64,000 nt of DNA, taken from Asterias rubens (lineage: Eukaryota). The notes below the pieces were generated by a model. The model saw only the letters and a list, made by a program, of their open reading frames with translations, searched no databases and was not told the origin of the DNA. The position numbers and the translations under genes were made by a program. Positions 1-11,688 of the stretch are shown here, in pieces. The stretch's first letter is position 1. Each line of letters begins with the position of its first letter. The stretch is taken from contig NC_047063.1 in assembly GCF_902459465.1 (NCBI RefSeq), positions 14,012,001 through 14,076,000 of the forward strand, read 5' to 3'.

Positions 1-503
1 TGGAGTAAGCACTTGACGCAGGGGTGAGTGTCACTGGGCTAGCGGTAGATACTGAGAACAAATTCTGCGCAACGCTCACACTCGCGTTACTCTTTCCCCC
101 ACCACCACTGCCACTTTTCCTCCGTGCCTTTGAATTCTTGACAGGATGCTGCATGGACGACAATCCTTTCCCATCACCGGATTTACCGGGCGCTTTACTA
201 GCCGCCTTGCTAAGTTTCTTTGCTGCGCCTTTACTAAAATTGTTCTGCACGGCGTTCGGCACACTTTTTACCCTACTGACACTGTCAGCGCTATTGTTGC
301 TACCGTTCCCACACATGGTGGCTGGAATCTTACTCCCGCTAGGAATGGTGTCAAACAGCGACACGCTGGAGAAGGAGAATGCACTTGTTGACGCAGCGGG
401 GTGAGACGGGGCGGAATTGTTCATCTGAAGATTGGGGGCATCAGACGGAGGGGATGTATCCATAGCAACGTCTTCCAACGGCTCATTCGATAAACACATT
501 TTT
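1..503 (-). CDS. ATXN7: Ataxin-7 family, exon 10 (partial, runs off window): KMCLSNEPLEDVAMDTSPPSDAPN...
   Basis: tttgcAG acceptor with matching phase 2, then 167 stop-free codons to the window edge. Ser/Lys/Gly-rich, as expected for the ATXN7 C-terminus. Confidence 0.85.
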
Positions 504-819
504 CTGCAAAGAATCATGCACAGAGAAATGAGTACTGGAATACGTGTACAAAATAATTAGTGAGAGTCAGATTTGTTTTTGTTTTAATTGAGAAACAGTT
601 GTTCATTTTTAAACCCATTGACACCTCACAAACTCTGACTACCAAATTAGGGGTCAAATGGTTAGACTATAGTACTTGCAATCAAAAGGTTGTGGGTTCA
701 AATCCCCCAGCTAACACTTAAAAACCTTGACTACCAAATTCCAGCCTTGAAAATTGAGCCATATCCAGTAATCCAATACTTTGTTCACATTAAACACTGC
801 ACTGTTGTGCACTTGTGTG

Positions 820-1042
820 TATTGACCCCTTGCACTTGCGTCACACGCGGTGACTGATGCCACGCTCACCATGTTGGTGGGCAGTTAGGTTTACGTGTAT
901 TAACGCAGCGTCGCCTAAAATGCACACTTCACTGCATAACACACAGCATAGAGTTATATATAAAAACGCACGGTGAAATTGCCCACCAGTATGGTGCTTT
1001 CAAGATTTTTCTGATGATGACGTCAGGTGAAATGGGTCAATA
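820..1042. mobile_element. Small MITE with imperfect TIRs (TATTGACCC..GGGTCAATA)
   Basis: ~25-bp imperfect terminal inverted repeats, no ORF. Confidence 0.55.
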
Positions 1043-1169
1043 CTGTAATTTTTGACCATTTGTAAATGTCGACCGATCTTCATACTGATACTGGTTTACA
1101 AGTGTACAGTGTGCCAAAATAATTGTATGTGGTGCACTTAAAACAAAAAATGACTAGATTAGATTAGAT

Positions 1170-1530
1170 TAAATTATATTATATTTAATAACAATAACAA
1201 CAAAGAGTATCACACAGAACCCTTACACACTAAAGAAAGAGGAAAATCAGATCGAAAATACAAAAAGCCATAACAATTTTACAAGTACGTTTTCACACCT
1301 ATCTTAAAAGTTAAAACACAAGAAATACTATGAACTGTGAAGTCATTCCAGAGAGTTGGTCCAGCATGTGAAAATGGCCTATCACCCAAGAGTTTCTTAC
1401 TCTTAGGAACATCTAACAAGCAAGTATTGGAAGATCGTAGGGAGAGTCCAGGAGTAAATGGTTTTACCAAAGAAATTATAAACATATGAGCGGAACATGT
1501 ATGCAATGAAAGATAAGCAACATAAGTTTG
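1170..1530 (-). mobile_element. L2/CR1-type LINE 3' fragment (..SLRSSNTCLLDVPKSKKLLGDRPFSHAGPTLWND...FKIGVKTYL*)
   Basis: Classic L2 ORF2 C-terminal motif LRS...VP...GDR.FS...P.LWN...FK..LKTYL, followed by an AT-rich tail. Confidence 0.85.
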
Positions 1531-2153
1531 AAAGCAATAGAGACTCAATGGGTAGCCAGCATTCGGTGACTTCAGTACTGAATGTGAGTGTGTTGCAACA
1601 AATGGACAATGTCACATTGTTCACAAAACAAAATGACTGACTGCGCCCATTCCAGGCCATTTCCCGGCACGCAAGGTAGTACACTCTTGACATAAGAAGT
1701 ATACATATTAATTTGTACAGAATGCACAAATTGAAATATCTGTTGACAAAGCTTCTCCTGTTTTTTTCCAAGCTGAGGGCCTTTTTGAAGGGTCTCGGTT
1801 AAGGCTTAGAAACTGTCAGCAGGCCTTGCTCTTAAGCTTTTTGCTATTAAAGTAGCCAACCCGGCTAATAATAAACTCTGGGTTTTACTTCCCCCCCCCC
1901 AAGAATTTATAGTAGCCCTTATTTTAAACATGTATTGTCTGGAATGTATCTTTCTGATGCATTAATGTTAGCAATCACAAGTATAATGGACAAATAAAGT
2001 TACACTCTAACACTCAAAAATAAACTAACACATTTAAAAAAATGAATCATTCACACCTTGAATGGAAGAAATAGGAGCATTCTAAACAAGTTCATGTGTA
2101 GGCTGGACAGTTTTTAGTCGGAGCTAGGGATTTGAAAAGGGTCTATGACTTAC

Positions 2154-2278
2154 TTTAATGGAGGAGGTCTTGAGGTATGTTTCTCAACTAAGGCAGCCAT
2201 GGTGGATCTTAGGTGATCTAATCTCCGATTGAAAGCATACAGGCCCTTGCCAACTTGTCTTGCACCATATGAACACAT
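2154..2278 (-). CDS. ATXN7: Ataxin-7 family, exon 9 (MCSYGARQVGKGLYAFNRRLDHLRSTMAALVEKHTSRPPPL)
   Basis: Aligns to the ATXN7 C-terminal block (CTFGSRQIGRGYYVFD...LR..L..MVEKH). tAG acceptor, GTAAG donor, phase 0-2. Not in the ORF track. Confidence 0.93.
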
Positions 2279-2643
2279 CTACAAATGAAAATAGTGTTTT
2301 CAGTAAAATAAAAAGGTAATAGTCAAAATTAAGTATTATACTCACTTCAATGAGACTCTGTAAACAAAAATCCAAACATTAGGCAGCTGTCAGAAATGAA
2401 GCATAAATCTTTTGGGCATGATAACAACATAAACAGTTATACAGGACACTAATAACATTGCGAAGGAATATTTGGCAACAGTAATACAGGTGTTTCGTAC
2501 ACAGCGCTGGGAATCGACCAATGGTGGGAACGATCAAGTTTTCATGTTACCCTACCCCCGAGCCATGTGTCTTTGTGTTATATCACATGATTGGTTTTCA
2601 ACCAATAAAACTTCATAATTTGTTACCGAGGTACTAACAAAAA

Positions 2644-3285
2644 TATATGGCAACAGTACATGTATATGGCAACAGTTAAATATGGCAACAGTAATATAAT
2701 GGCAATATTAATGCACATGTATGGCAACAATTATATATGGCAACAGTTATATATGGCAACAGTAATACATGGAAACATTAAAACATGGCAACAGTAATAT
2801 ATGGCAACAGTAATATAATGGCAACATTAATACACATGTATGGCAACAATTATATATGGCAACAGTTATATATGGCAACAGTAATACATGGAAACATTAA
2901 AACATGGCAACAGTAATATATGGCAACAGTAAATATGGAAACAGTTATACATGTATGACAACAGTTATTTATGGCAACAGTAATATACATGTACATGTAC
3001 ATGTATGGCAACAGTTATATGGCAACAGTTATATATGACAACAGTAATACATGACAACAGTAATACATGGCAACAGTAATACATGGCAACAGTAATACAT
3101 GGCAACAGTAATACATGACAACAGTAATACATGGCAACATTAATACATGGCAACAGTAATATATGGCAACAGTAATATATGGCAACAGTAGTATATGCCA
3201 ACAGTTATATATGGCAACAGTTATATAAGGCAACAGTAATATAATGGCAACAGTAATATATGGCAAAAATATGGCAAAATAATAA
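2644..3285. repeat. ~16-bp minisatellite (atggcaacagtaatat)n, roughly 40 degenerate units
   Basis: ggcaacagt core repeated at ~16-bp period. Explains spurious ORFs 2965-3305. Confidence 0.95.
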
Positions 3286-3709
3286 TGACACATTTGATTC
3301 ACCAATCAAATGACAAGACTCTCTGTGTGTGGTACATAAAACGAAATAACAGTGATATTGTTAAAACAAAACCAGTCAAAATTCCACAGTTTAAAGCTGT
3401 CATTTTATCTCAAACTGTACACAAATAAGTATTGTACGTTTAACTTCCAATGAAGCAATATTTTTTGCAGACATGATACTTGGTCCTTGGAAAGAAGTAG
3501 GAAGATTTTATTGTGTACAAATGTAGGCTTAAATAGACTTTTCAGGTAATTTTTGTCTGTTTTTTTCCAAGGGTAGTAGGAAGAATATCATGCCTGTGGT
3601 TGCTTGAACAGCAGACAAATGTAGGAAAAGCTCTTCTTTGCTTCAATGAACCAGAACAATAAAAGCAGAACAAAGATAAGACTTGAGACAAACAACTAGA
3701 GGAACTTAC

Positions 3710-3920
3710 TGCAACTGGTCTTGGGTGGTGATGCGAACACGAGAAGTCTGATTTGTCTTTCATTTCGGCCCCCTTCTCCGCAGGTCCCAGCTTAACGTTG
3801 CCAGAGCTCCCACTGCCACTACCGATACCCGCAGCCTCTGGTAGGGAGGGTCTACTCTGTGGGGAGGGAACCTCAGGGATGGGCGAGGCCACCCGTTTTG
3901 GAAGGGAAGGAAAGGGTTTT
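3710..3920 (-). CDS. ATXN7: Ataxin-7 family, exon 8 (KKPFPSLPKR...SCSHHHPRPVA)
   Basis: Ends in the conserved HHPxP motif. tttcAG acceptor, GTAAG donor, phase 2-0. Confidence 0.9.
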
Positions 3921-4589
3921 CTGAAAGAAAAGTGAGAAGGGCACACACAGAAACAAAGGTTGAGAGATCATCAAAAGTAGTTTGGTTTGAAAGGAATGCA
4001 TGCAGCATTCAATAATAATAATAACACATAATCTATTTTTATAAAATGCTCTAAGGCCCTTCACAAAAAGCTGACACAGGTATATATTAAAATGCTCTAA
4101 GATGATTTACATGAGCATAAAAAGGTACAAATTTAAATTCAATGGCCTGAAATCTCTCTTAATGAAGTGGCCATGTAAGGAAGTAAATGCTACAAACACA
4201 ACTAATAACTTGTACTGTAAAACCAGTAAAACTTTGCACAGTTACACATTAATTAGGCAAGCAAACAAATGTACTCAGGACAGAAATATCTGGAAAACTA
4301 TAAATGGCATTGCAAGGGACAAAGTTAGAAACTACATGTAAAGACCCCTTGCATATGACATCACAAGACCCAAACAGCGCCCTCAATGACGTCAATAAGG
4401 ACCTATCATTGGCTGAGAGTTGTGCGTGGCGCAAGGACGTTTCCAATGTTTTGCCTCAGCGATGGCAGCCATTGAAAAGGGGACTATTAAAAAGAGAGTG
4501 CAGATTATACTGTTGTGTTAGAGAAGAGCAAACTTGAATAATAAATAATTTTGGTTCTACCCTTATACAGATGTGCGTTAGCACTGTAT

Positions 4590-5505
4590 CAGCCCTGATA
4601 CTTCACGACGGCAACGACGGCAATTGCCGTCGTTGCCCCTACCGATTGCCGCAATGCCCTTCAAAAACCCAATTTTTTCACGGCAATGATTGCCGTGCCC
4701 TTTTCTCATCATTGCCGCCGTGCCCTTCCTCCCGAAAACAAATTATATTCAACGTTGTCAAAGTTCGAAAATAAGCCAAAAAGTCCCGATGTCTGTGTAA
4801 ATTTCACGCAACGAAATAGCCCCAATTTCACGCACGTATTCAAGGCACAACAGCAGATTTCAGGCCCGTTAGTCGTTGTTCTTTGCGTGCGACAAAAAAA
4901 TACTCGAAACATCGAACGCTAGAGGGCGTTTCGGAACAAAGCGATAGCGTGAGATTAAACGCCCTCTAGTGGTAAAATTACGCGAACCAACGCTAACCGC
5001 CTTGAGACAAAGACTCGACGTGTCTGTGCATGCTGGGATAGTGGTTTTCCCCATGCTTGGTACATGTGATGTACCATCATGTACAGCATAGTCGTCGCGC
5101 ACCGCATGCATTTATTCTGTCAACATCGTGTCAAAATGGAGCAGTTACGTGGGAATTTTAGCGTCTCTACGAAAAACTACACAACGTGCATGACCAATAG
5201 TAGGATTACGTATGAACAAAAATTATATATTGTGTATTGTAAGTAGTTGTTCTTTATTTTGTTGAATTAGATGAATGCTTTCTTTTTTCATTGGGTAACA
5301 GTTAGAAAATGGAAAAATTTGAAGAACTATTTTTTACAGGCAACTCGGAGGTTTTTTTTTTCAAACTGCCGTCGTGCCCTTCGCAACTTTTTATGATTGC
5401 CGTGATGCCCTTCCAAATTTTTGAAAATTGCCTTGGTGCCCTAAATTTTTACAAAAAGTCGAGGCAAAACTGTCGTGCCCCTTAAAAGCCGAAGTATCAG
5501 GGCTG
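4590..5505. mobile_element. Non-autonomous hAT-like element, TIR CAGCCCTGATACTTC, 6-bp TSD CTGTAT, inserted into a SINE
   Basis: 15-bp perfect TIRs, CTGTAT at 4584-4589 and 5506-5511, subterminal tgccgt/gtgccc repeats. Confidence 0.88.
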
Positions 5506-5712
5506 CTGTATACTTTCCAGAGTTATGTAAACAAAATCACAGACTGAGACATTATTCGGGTGTGATTTAAACCCACAACCGTTGCAATTCTAGAGCAGTG
5601 TCTTACCATTGCAAAGGTTGTTGGTTCGAATCCAACCCAAGTAATATGCCTTTGATTTCAGGAAGTACACAGTATACAGTGCTAACACGCATCAGTGTAA
5701 GGGTAAAACCAA
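5506..5712. mobile_element. Two tRNA-derived SINE fragments fused in inverted orientation
   Basis: Matches the family at 56918-57300 and 62672-63000. B-box GGTTCGAATCC in the plus-strand half. Confidence 0.7.
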
Positions 5713-5745
5713 AATTTATATACTTTATCCCTAATACAAAAGGGA

Positions 5746-6117
5746 TGACCCTGGACACTATTGGTAATTGTCAAAGACCAAACTTCTCACTTCCGGTGTA
5801 TCTCAACATATAAATAAAACAACAAACCTGTGAAAATTTTAGCTCACTTGGTCGTCAAAGTTGCGAGATAAAAACAAAAAAAAAAACACCCTTGTCACAC
5901 GAAGTTGTGTGCTTTCAGATGCTTGATTTCGAGACCTCCAATTTTAAATCTGAGGTCTCGAAATCAAGTTCGTGGAAAATTACTTATTTCTCAAAAACTT
6001 ATATACCGTTTCTCACAATATTGTATACTATCAACCTCTCCCAATTTCTCATTACCAAGGAAGGTTTTATGCTAATAATTATTTTGAGTAATTACACATA
6101 GTGTCCACTGCCTTTAA
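5746..6117. mobile_element. TTAA-flanked MITE family A (Kolobok-like), copy 1
   Basis: TIR ttaaaggcactggacactattggtaatt, with at least 8 copies in the window. The Kolobok label is inferred from TTAA TSD and RR..YY termini. Confidence 0.8.
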
Positions 6118-6488
6118 AGCCATTGGACACTTTCGGAACAGAAAACAAATTAAAAGTTCACAGATTTACAAATAACCTACAGGGTTTACAGAAGGTAATG
6201 GTGAAAGACTTCTCTTGAAATATTATTCCATGAATAGCTTTACTTTTTGAGAAAACATTAGAACAATATAAATTCTCGATATCGAGAATAACGGATTTAT
6301 TTTAAACACATGTCATGACATGGCGCAACGTGCAGAAACATGGGTGGGTTTTCGTGTCATTTTCTCCCAACTCTGATGACCAATTGAGCCTAAATTTTCA
6401 CAGGTTTGTTATTTTATATATAAGTTGTGATACACAAAGTGTGGGCCTTGGACAATACCGTTTACCCGAAAGTGTCCAATGGCTTTAA
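6114..6488. mobile_element. TTAA-flanked MITE family B (TIR ttaaagccattggacactttcgg), sharing a TTAA with copy A1
   Basis: Perfect 23-bp TIR including TTAA. Second copy at 40496-40769. Confidence 0.85.
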
Positions 6489-6510
6489 ACCTCAAAGAAC
6501 CTCAACTTAC

Positions 6511-6929
6511 TTGGTTGGAAGAACTGAGTTGAGGTTGAAGGTTTTGACGGGCCCAGGTACCGGCATGATCTTCTGGAACATCACCTGAGGCTTGACGCCG
6601 GGCTCTGCCTTCACGTGCAAACTAGACGTCTGAGTCCTCGGGGTCAACGGCTTTGGTGTCAGCGCCTTGGGCGTGGTCGCCTTGGGTGTGTTCGGGCGAG
6701 GCGTGGTCACCTTCGGCGTGGTGGGCCTGGCAGCGCTGTTGCCCTGGGTGGCTGGATTGCTCAGGAGACCACTTGCTGCTGGCATTGGTGTCGTGGATCC
6801 TGGTTTCTTGAGCAAGGAGGGGTTGTTGACTGCAGCGAGAGCTTGAGAACGGGCTTTATGTTCGGCTAGGAGCTCGTCAAAGGGTTTTCGACGTCCCTTG
6901 ACTGCTCTCCTCAAGGATAAGGCGTGTGT
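6511..6929 (-). CDS. ATXN7: Ataxin-7 family, exon 7, SCA7 domain second half (THALSLRRAVKGRRKPFDELLAEHK) plus TTPK/TPR-rich linker
   Basis: Matches human THSLTQRRAVQGRRKRFDVLLAEHK. cAG acceptor, GTAAG donor, phase 0-2. Confidence 0.95.
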
Positions 6930-7036
6930 CTGTACAACAAAGCAAAATATTAACAGACTTTTATTTTTTTCATAAATGTAAACCACCATGTGTATATCCA
7001 CTTGCTGGGTAGATAATATTCTTTTGAGAACATACT

Positions 7037-7200
7037 TCAAACTTCCTGCGAATTGGATGCGAATGTTGACGTCACAAAACGCAATGAATAATTCGCAGCA
7101 GTTCAACTCTGCTCAACTCACTTGCGAATATCGCTGCCAAAGGAGGGTTCTGACGTAAAATTCACGTCAAATTCGCATCCCATTCGCATTCGCAGGAAGT
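7037..7200. mobile_element. Small MITE, TIR acttcctgcgaat..attcgcaggaagt
   Basis: Terminal inverted repeats read directly. Confidence 0.6.
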
Positions 7201-7328
7201 ATGACCGGGTTTAAGTCAAACTTAGGCCACTAGTGACTATCAGTCCAAACTCACTGACTCATTACAACGAGTAGCCTCAGTGAGTGATCACTATCTTATA
7301 AGACAACAAGTGAGCGTTGGATATTTAC

Positions 7329-7411
7329 CTTGCAAGTGAGTGACCTTGTACACTGTCGATGATCAGTCTCAACCCACACACCGCAATGCTTGTTTACATC
7401 ATACTCTCGAT
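7329..7411 (-). CDS. ATXN7: Ataxin-7 family, exon 6, SCA7 domain first half (DREYDVNKHCGVWVETDHRQCTRSLTCK)
   Basis: SCA7-domain zinc-binding signature (HCGV...CTRSLTCK). cAG acceptor, GTAAA donor, phase 1-0. Not in the ORF track. Confidence 0.96.
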
Positions 7412-7747
7412 CTGTGAAACAAGCAACCAAATCATTACTCACAGTTAATTTCATTCAAACTGAAAACAAACCTTATGCAGAACAGTTAGTCTTTTTAGCA
7501 GCTAGCTCCATAGAATTGGGCCTAGGACACAGACAGCTCTGCTTATTATGGTATTCTGTCAGCACAGTCCATTCTAGAGATGCCAACATTTGCATCTTGA
7601 AATCGGGGAGATTTTTTTAGTAACAAACCAGGCAGATATTTAGAATTACATTCATTATACATGTTAGGGGGAAAAATTCCAATAATCAGAGGGATGTTCA
7701 AATGATCTTACCAGAACATAGAAAGATTGGTTTACTTTCAGGGAAGT

Positions 7748-8121
7748 GTAAAGGAACACGTTGCCTTGGATCGGTCGAGTTGGTCTTTGAAAAGCGTTTG
7801 TAACCATTTGTTATAAAATTCATATGGGTAGAAACATGTTGTAAAAGTAGAATACAATGATCCACACAAATATGTCTCGAAATTGCACGGTTTTCCTTTT
7901 AGCTTGTCGACTAACACGGTCGGCCATTTATGGGAGTCAAATTTTTGACTCCCATATACTCAATGATAACATAAATGGTCGACCGTGTTAGTTTGCAAAG
8001 TAAAAGGAAAACCGTGCAATTTCGAGGCAAATTTGTGTGGATCATTGTATTCTACTTTCAAAACATCTTTCTAACCATATGCATTTCATAACAACTCGTC
8101 CGATTCAAGGCAACGTGTTAA
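7748..8121. mobile_element. MITE family C (aaaggaacacgttgccttggatcgg..ccgattcaaggcaacgtg)
   Basis: TIRs, internal palindrome atgggagtcaaa-tttttgactcccat, homolog at 62137-62450. Confidence 0.8.
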
Positions 8122-8180
8122 GCAGAATCAGGGAAAGTTTGCAGCTCTGGCATCTCATTGAAACAACCTACACAATGTAC

Positions 8181-8601
8181 CTTTACATAATATGTTCTTC
8201 TTTGGAGACAGCTTTTTACTCTTTTTCGTGGGTACTGGGTGAGCAGGTGCGAGCTTGAGCAAGCTGGTATGTGCTGGTGCTGGCTGGATTGGAGGTGGCT
8301 GGACAAGGGCAGGTTTGACAGCCTGCATCATACCGGCTGGAACTGGTGCCAACTGGACCATTGCCGGTTGAACCGGTTTAGCGGTCTGCAGTAACGTTTG
8401 GGACTGTTGCGGGAGCACATTAGGAGCACACTGAATGGATCGGCCAGGCGCAGAGGCCAGCTCGATGGTGGTCGGTTGGATGCTTGCCAAAGACGTCGGT
8501 GAAATTCCGAAAGATTGAATCGTGGAGTCGACATGTAAAGGTGACATTTTTTCAACTCTTACAATGGGTAGTGTTGTGCTGACAAGGCTCGCGACACTCT
8601 C
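8181..8601 (-). CDS. ATXN7: Ataxin-7 family, exon 5, Pro/Gln-rich linker (ESVASLVSTT...KKLSPKKNILCK)
   Basis: Open frame continuing ORF 8155-8547. tttcAG acceptor, GTAC donor, phase 0-1. Confidence 0.88.
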
Positions 8602-9025
8602 CTGAAAGTAATATCAAATTCACATTCAATTATTTTGATCTAAAACTTCTATTGTTTTCTGAATATTGCACCCCCCCCCCCTTCAAAAAAAGAAGCTAAA
8701 AAGACAAATTTTATTAAGGGACCCAACTACAGTGCATGCTACAGCTCAACTTTGGTAGCACATGAGTCATTCTTTAAACAATGTACCATAGTCTTCGGCT
8801 CATAAGCCGCCCGATGTAAAGCCGCAATGTACAGATATTATCACGATAAGACTCAGGTGTCATGGCGTGTAAGCTGCCGGCATAAAAACGCAGTTCCAGT
8901 CCTCAATAAAAGTATGTAAAAATTGAATTGAAATGTGAGTGGCTTTTCTTCTCTTCTTGACTGGTTACCTAATAGTTACCTGGTACAACATGACCCTGAC
9001 ACCAATCACTTTCTACGCATCTTAC

Positions 9026-9405
9026 CTGTGACCCTAGTGGTGAGTTAAGCTGAATGAGCCCGGTCGGCGAGGCATTTGGCCGATCACTTTCTGACGTCGA
9101 CGTGGTGTAATCGATCAGGGAATCCTGTTTCTTCGCTAGATGACCCGGGAGCTGTTTGGTAAGTACTGTGTCAAAGGCCAACTCCGGCTGGACCTGCGAT
9201 GCCGACGGTCTGAGCGTTAGAGGGTGCATGCTGTGGGTACGGGAGAGTTCACTGTCCACCCCGGGACTTTTCACGTTCTGGCTGGATTGTCTTGATTTGT
9301 CCAGAGGGGCTCTGAGAGTTGTTGGGATCAGTATCTGAGGAGAGTGCATTTCCATCTCGCGCGTGATGTCCGGCGGTTTATCCGGTGGTTTGCCATGTCG
9401 TAATT
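9026..9405 (-). CDS. ATXN7: Ataxin-7 family, exon 4 (ELRHGKPPDKPPDITREMEMHSPQ...PLGSQ)
   Basis: Supplies the last zinc-finger His (RHM-E-LRHG) after a 16.9-kb intron. Strong pyrimidine tract/cAG, GTAAG donor, phase 1-0. Confidence 0.9.
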
Positions 9406-9844
9406 CTGTCGAGAAAGAGGAGGGGAAATAATCATTGAGCGTTTCTGGAGGTTTTATTTTTAATGAGAGATCGCCAATATCACAAGGCCAAGGACAGCCC
9501 TTTTAAGGTGAGGGCTAAACTTAATTGATTCGAGCTATTGACCCAAATCAACTGCTACCAGGGGCACAGTGCCAAATACTCCTGAAACAGAGATCAACCC
9601 TTCATAGTTCAAAAGGATGTACGTACATGTAGGCATGGGTATCACCCACTATTAGCCTGGCTGCATTGTAGAGCAGGGTGCACAACTTTCCCCAATGAGG
9701 GATAGAAATAAGCTGCTCAAGGTGCTAGACAAATTATTGTCCCTGGTCATCAGGCATGCTTTTTAAAAAAACACTCCTGGTACATTCTTGACACCTGCTG
9801 CAAAATACAACCTCTGCAGCATGTTAGTGTAAGTAAAAATATTG

Positions 9845-9990
9845 ACTGCTATGAGTGCTATGGTTAAAACTACGACTCACGAGGTGATCCCCGGAGCGTC
9901 CTATTTTCCTGAGGCGCAGCTGAGGGAAAATGGAATGGTCCGGAGATCACCGAGGGAGTCGTAGTTTAACCCTAGCACGAGCTAAAGCAG
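9845..9990. mobile_element. Palindromic hairpin element (MITE-like)
   Basis: ggttaaaactacgactc..gagtcgtagtttaacc with nested gatc.ccgga and tattttcc stems. Confidence 0.7.
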
Positions 9991-11309
9991 ACCCCAACAG
10001 ACTATTTATCATCTTCGCACACGTAACGTTCGTACGCGCGTATCAGATACACAGATGCAAAACTGATTGGGTTCGAGGTGGGTAAAAAGACGTCTGGGTA
10101 CTGCTCGCAGTGTGATAGTCGTCGGACTATCACATGTCAAACGATGCACTATCACACCGCCACCGTCTAGTAAAACTAAGACATATCATGTGACAACTAA
10201 GACATATCATGTGACGCGCCCCAAACCAATGAAAAGGCAGAGTATTTGTTAGGGGTGTTATAAATGCTCATACACAAAATCACCTCAGGGTTTCCATTTA
10301 TACTCCTTCGCTAAGAGAAGTGACTTGCTCAAGGACACAAGTGCCTTGTTTGACCAGTCTGGGATGCGAACCCACATTCTGTCAATTCGCTGCTGGATGT
10401 ACATGTAGCAAGGTTTATATTTCTTCAATTGTTTGTCATCTCTTGCTCTTAAACTACTGTGCATCATCACCACGTTGTCAATCCATTGACATTTAAATCT
10501 CTGCAACAGCAAAATATTCCTCACCTAGGTGTATTTTAACTTTTTCAAGCTATTTCTGTTGTTTTTGTTTCCTTTTTTTTTCTTTCCTCTTTGAAGAGAT
10601 GTTGATAAGCTGTCACCAAGCAACAGAATTACAATTGGTACAAGTTTGATCTACATCTACAGGTACAAGTATAATAGATCCAATGAAAAGGGAAGGTCTT
10701 GATTTTACAAAGCAATACGATTACGAAGGTATGTATGTCAAGAAGACTCGATATTGCCACAGCTATTTGTGAGGTGACAATACACTTTCCACTATGTATA
10801 GCAATTAACATTGGTACACAAAGAACAAACTAAGCCCTGTGATGTTTTTAGTTATGCTTGTGCTTTCCAGATGAATTTACAGTCCAAGTAGCGCCTACCA
10901 AATCAACTAAACAAAGTGTCGCTCTAAATTCTGAAAAACTTAAAAACGTACTGACTTGCATTGTTCTTTTTATTTCATTATAGAGAAGAGAAGCAAGCTA
11001 AGCAAAATAGAAACAAACTGTGTCACAAGTCGATAATGACCCTTTTGGTGTGAAGCAATTTATGCACCCTGTAAATTTTTTTTAAAGGAGGTAATGAAAT
11101 AATTTTGCATAAGACCTTAGGCACATATAATCATTTGACCACGACCAGAAGTCAAAAGAAGGCTGTATATCGGCCAATCCTGTGGGCCTAAATATTGGGC
11201 CTAATATGTTTTGCCAAGCACACAGACTTAAATGAGGTCCTCCTGAATCAATTATTTGCTTTGTCTTCAAACCAACGAAAGAAAAAAACAAACAATTTCC
11301 TCCTATGAC

Positions 11310-11688
11310 TTAAAGGCACTGGACACTATCGCTAATTATTCAAAATAACTGTTAAGCATAAATACTGACTTGGTAACGAGCAATGGAGAGCTGTTGATAG
11401 TATAAACATTGTAAGAAATGGCTCTCTCTAAAGTAACGTAGTTTTTGAGAAAGAAGTAATTTCTAACCAAAATATTTGAATTGAATTCAAGACCTCCGCT
11501 GAGGTCTCAAATTCAAGCATTTGAAAGCACACGCAAGGGTGTTTTTTCTTCCATTATTCTCTCACAAGAACAACGACCAATTGAGTTCAAATTTTCACAG
11601 GTTTGTTATTTTATGCATATTTGTTGAGATACGCCAAGTGAGAAGACTGGTCTTTGACAATTTTACCAAAGGTGTCCAGTGCCTTTAA
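11310..11688. mobile_element. TTAA MITE family A, copy 2
   Basis: TTAA at both ends, family TIRs. Confidence 0.85.

Noticed and set aside
24-404. Plus-strand 126-aa hydrophobic ORF
   Set aside because: Antisense shadow of the Lys/Ser-rich ATXN7 exon 10, which is the spliced-in frame on the minus strand.
1403-1771. 122-aa minus ORF with a possible AG acceptor as an extra ATXN7 exon
   Set aside because: No ATXN7 similarity, partly overlaps the L2 fragment, and exons 9 and 10 already join in phase.
2965-3305. Cys/Tyr-rich repetitive ORFs
   Set aside because: Translation of the 16-bp minisatellite.
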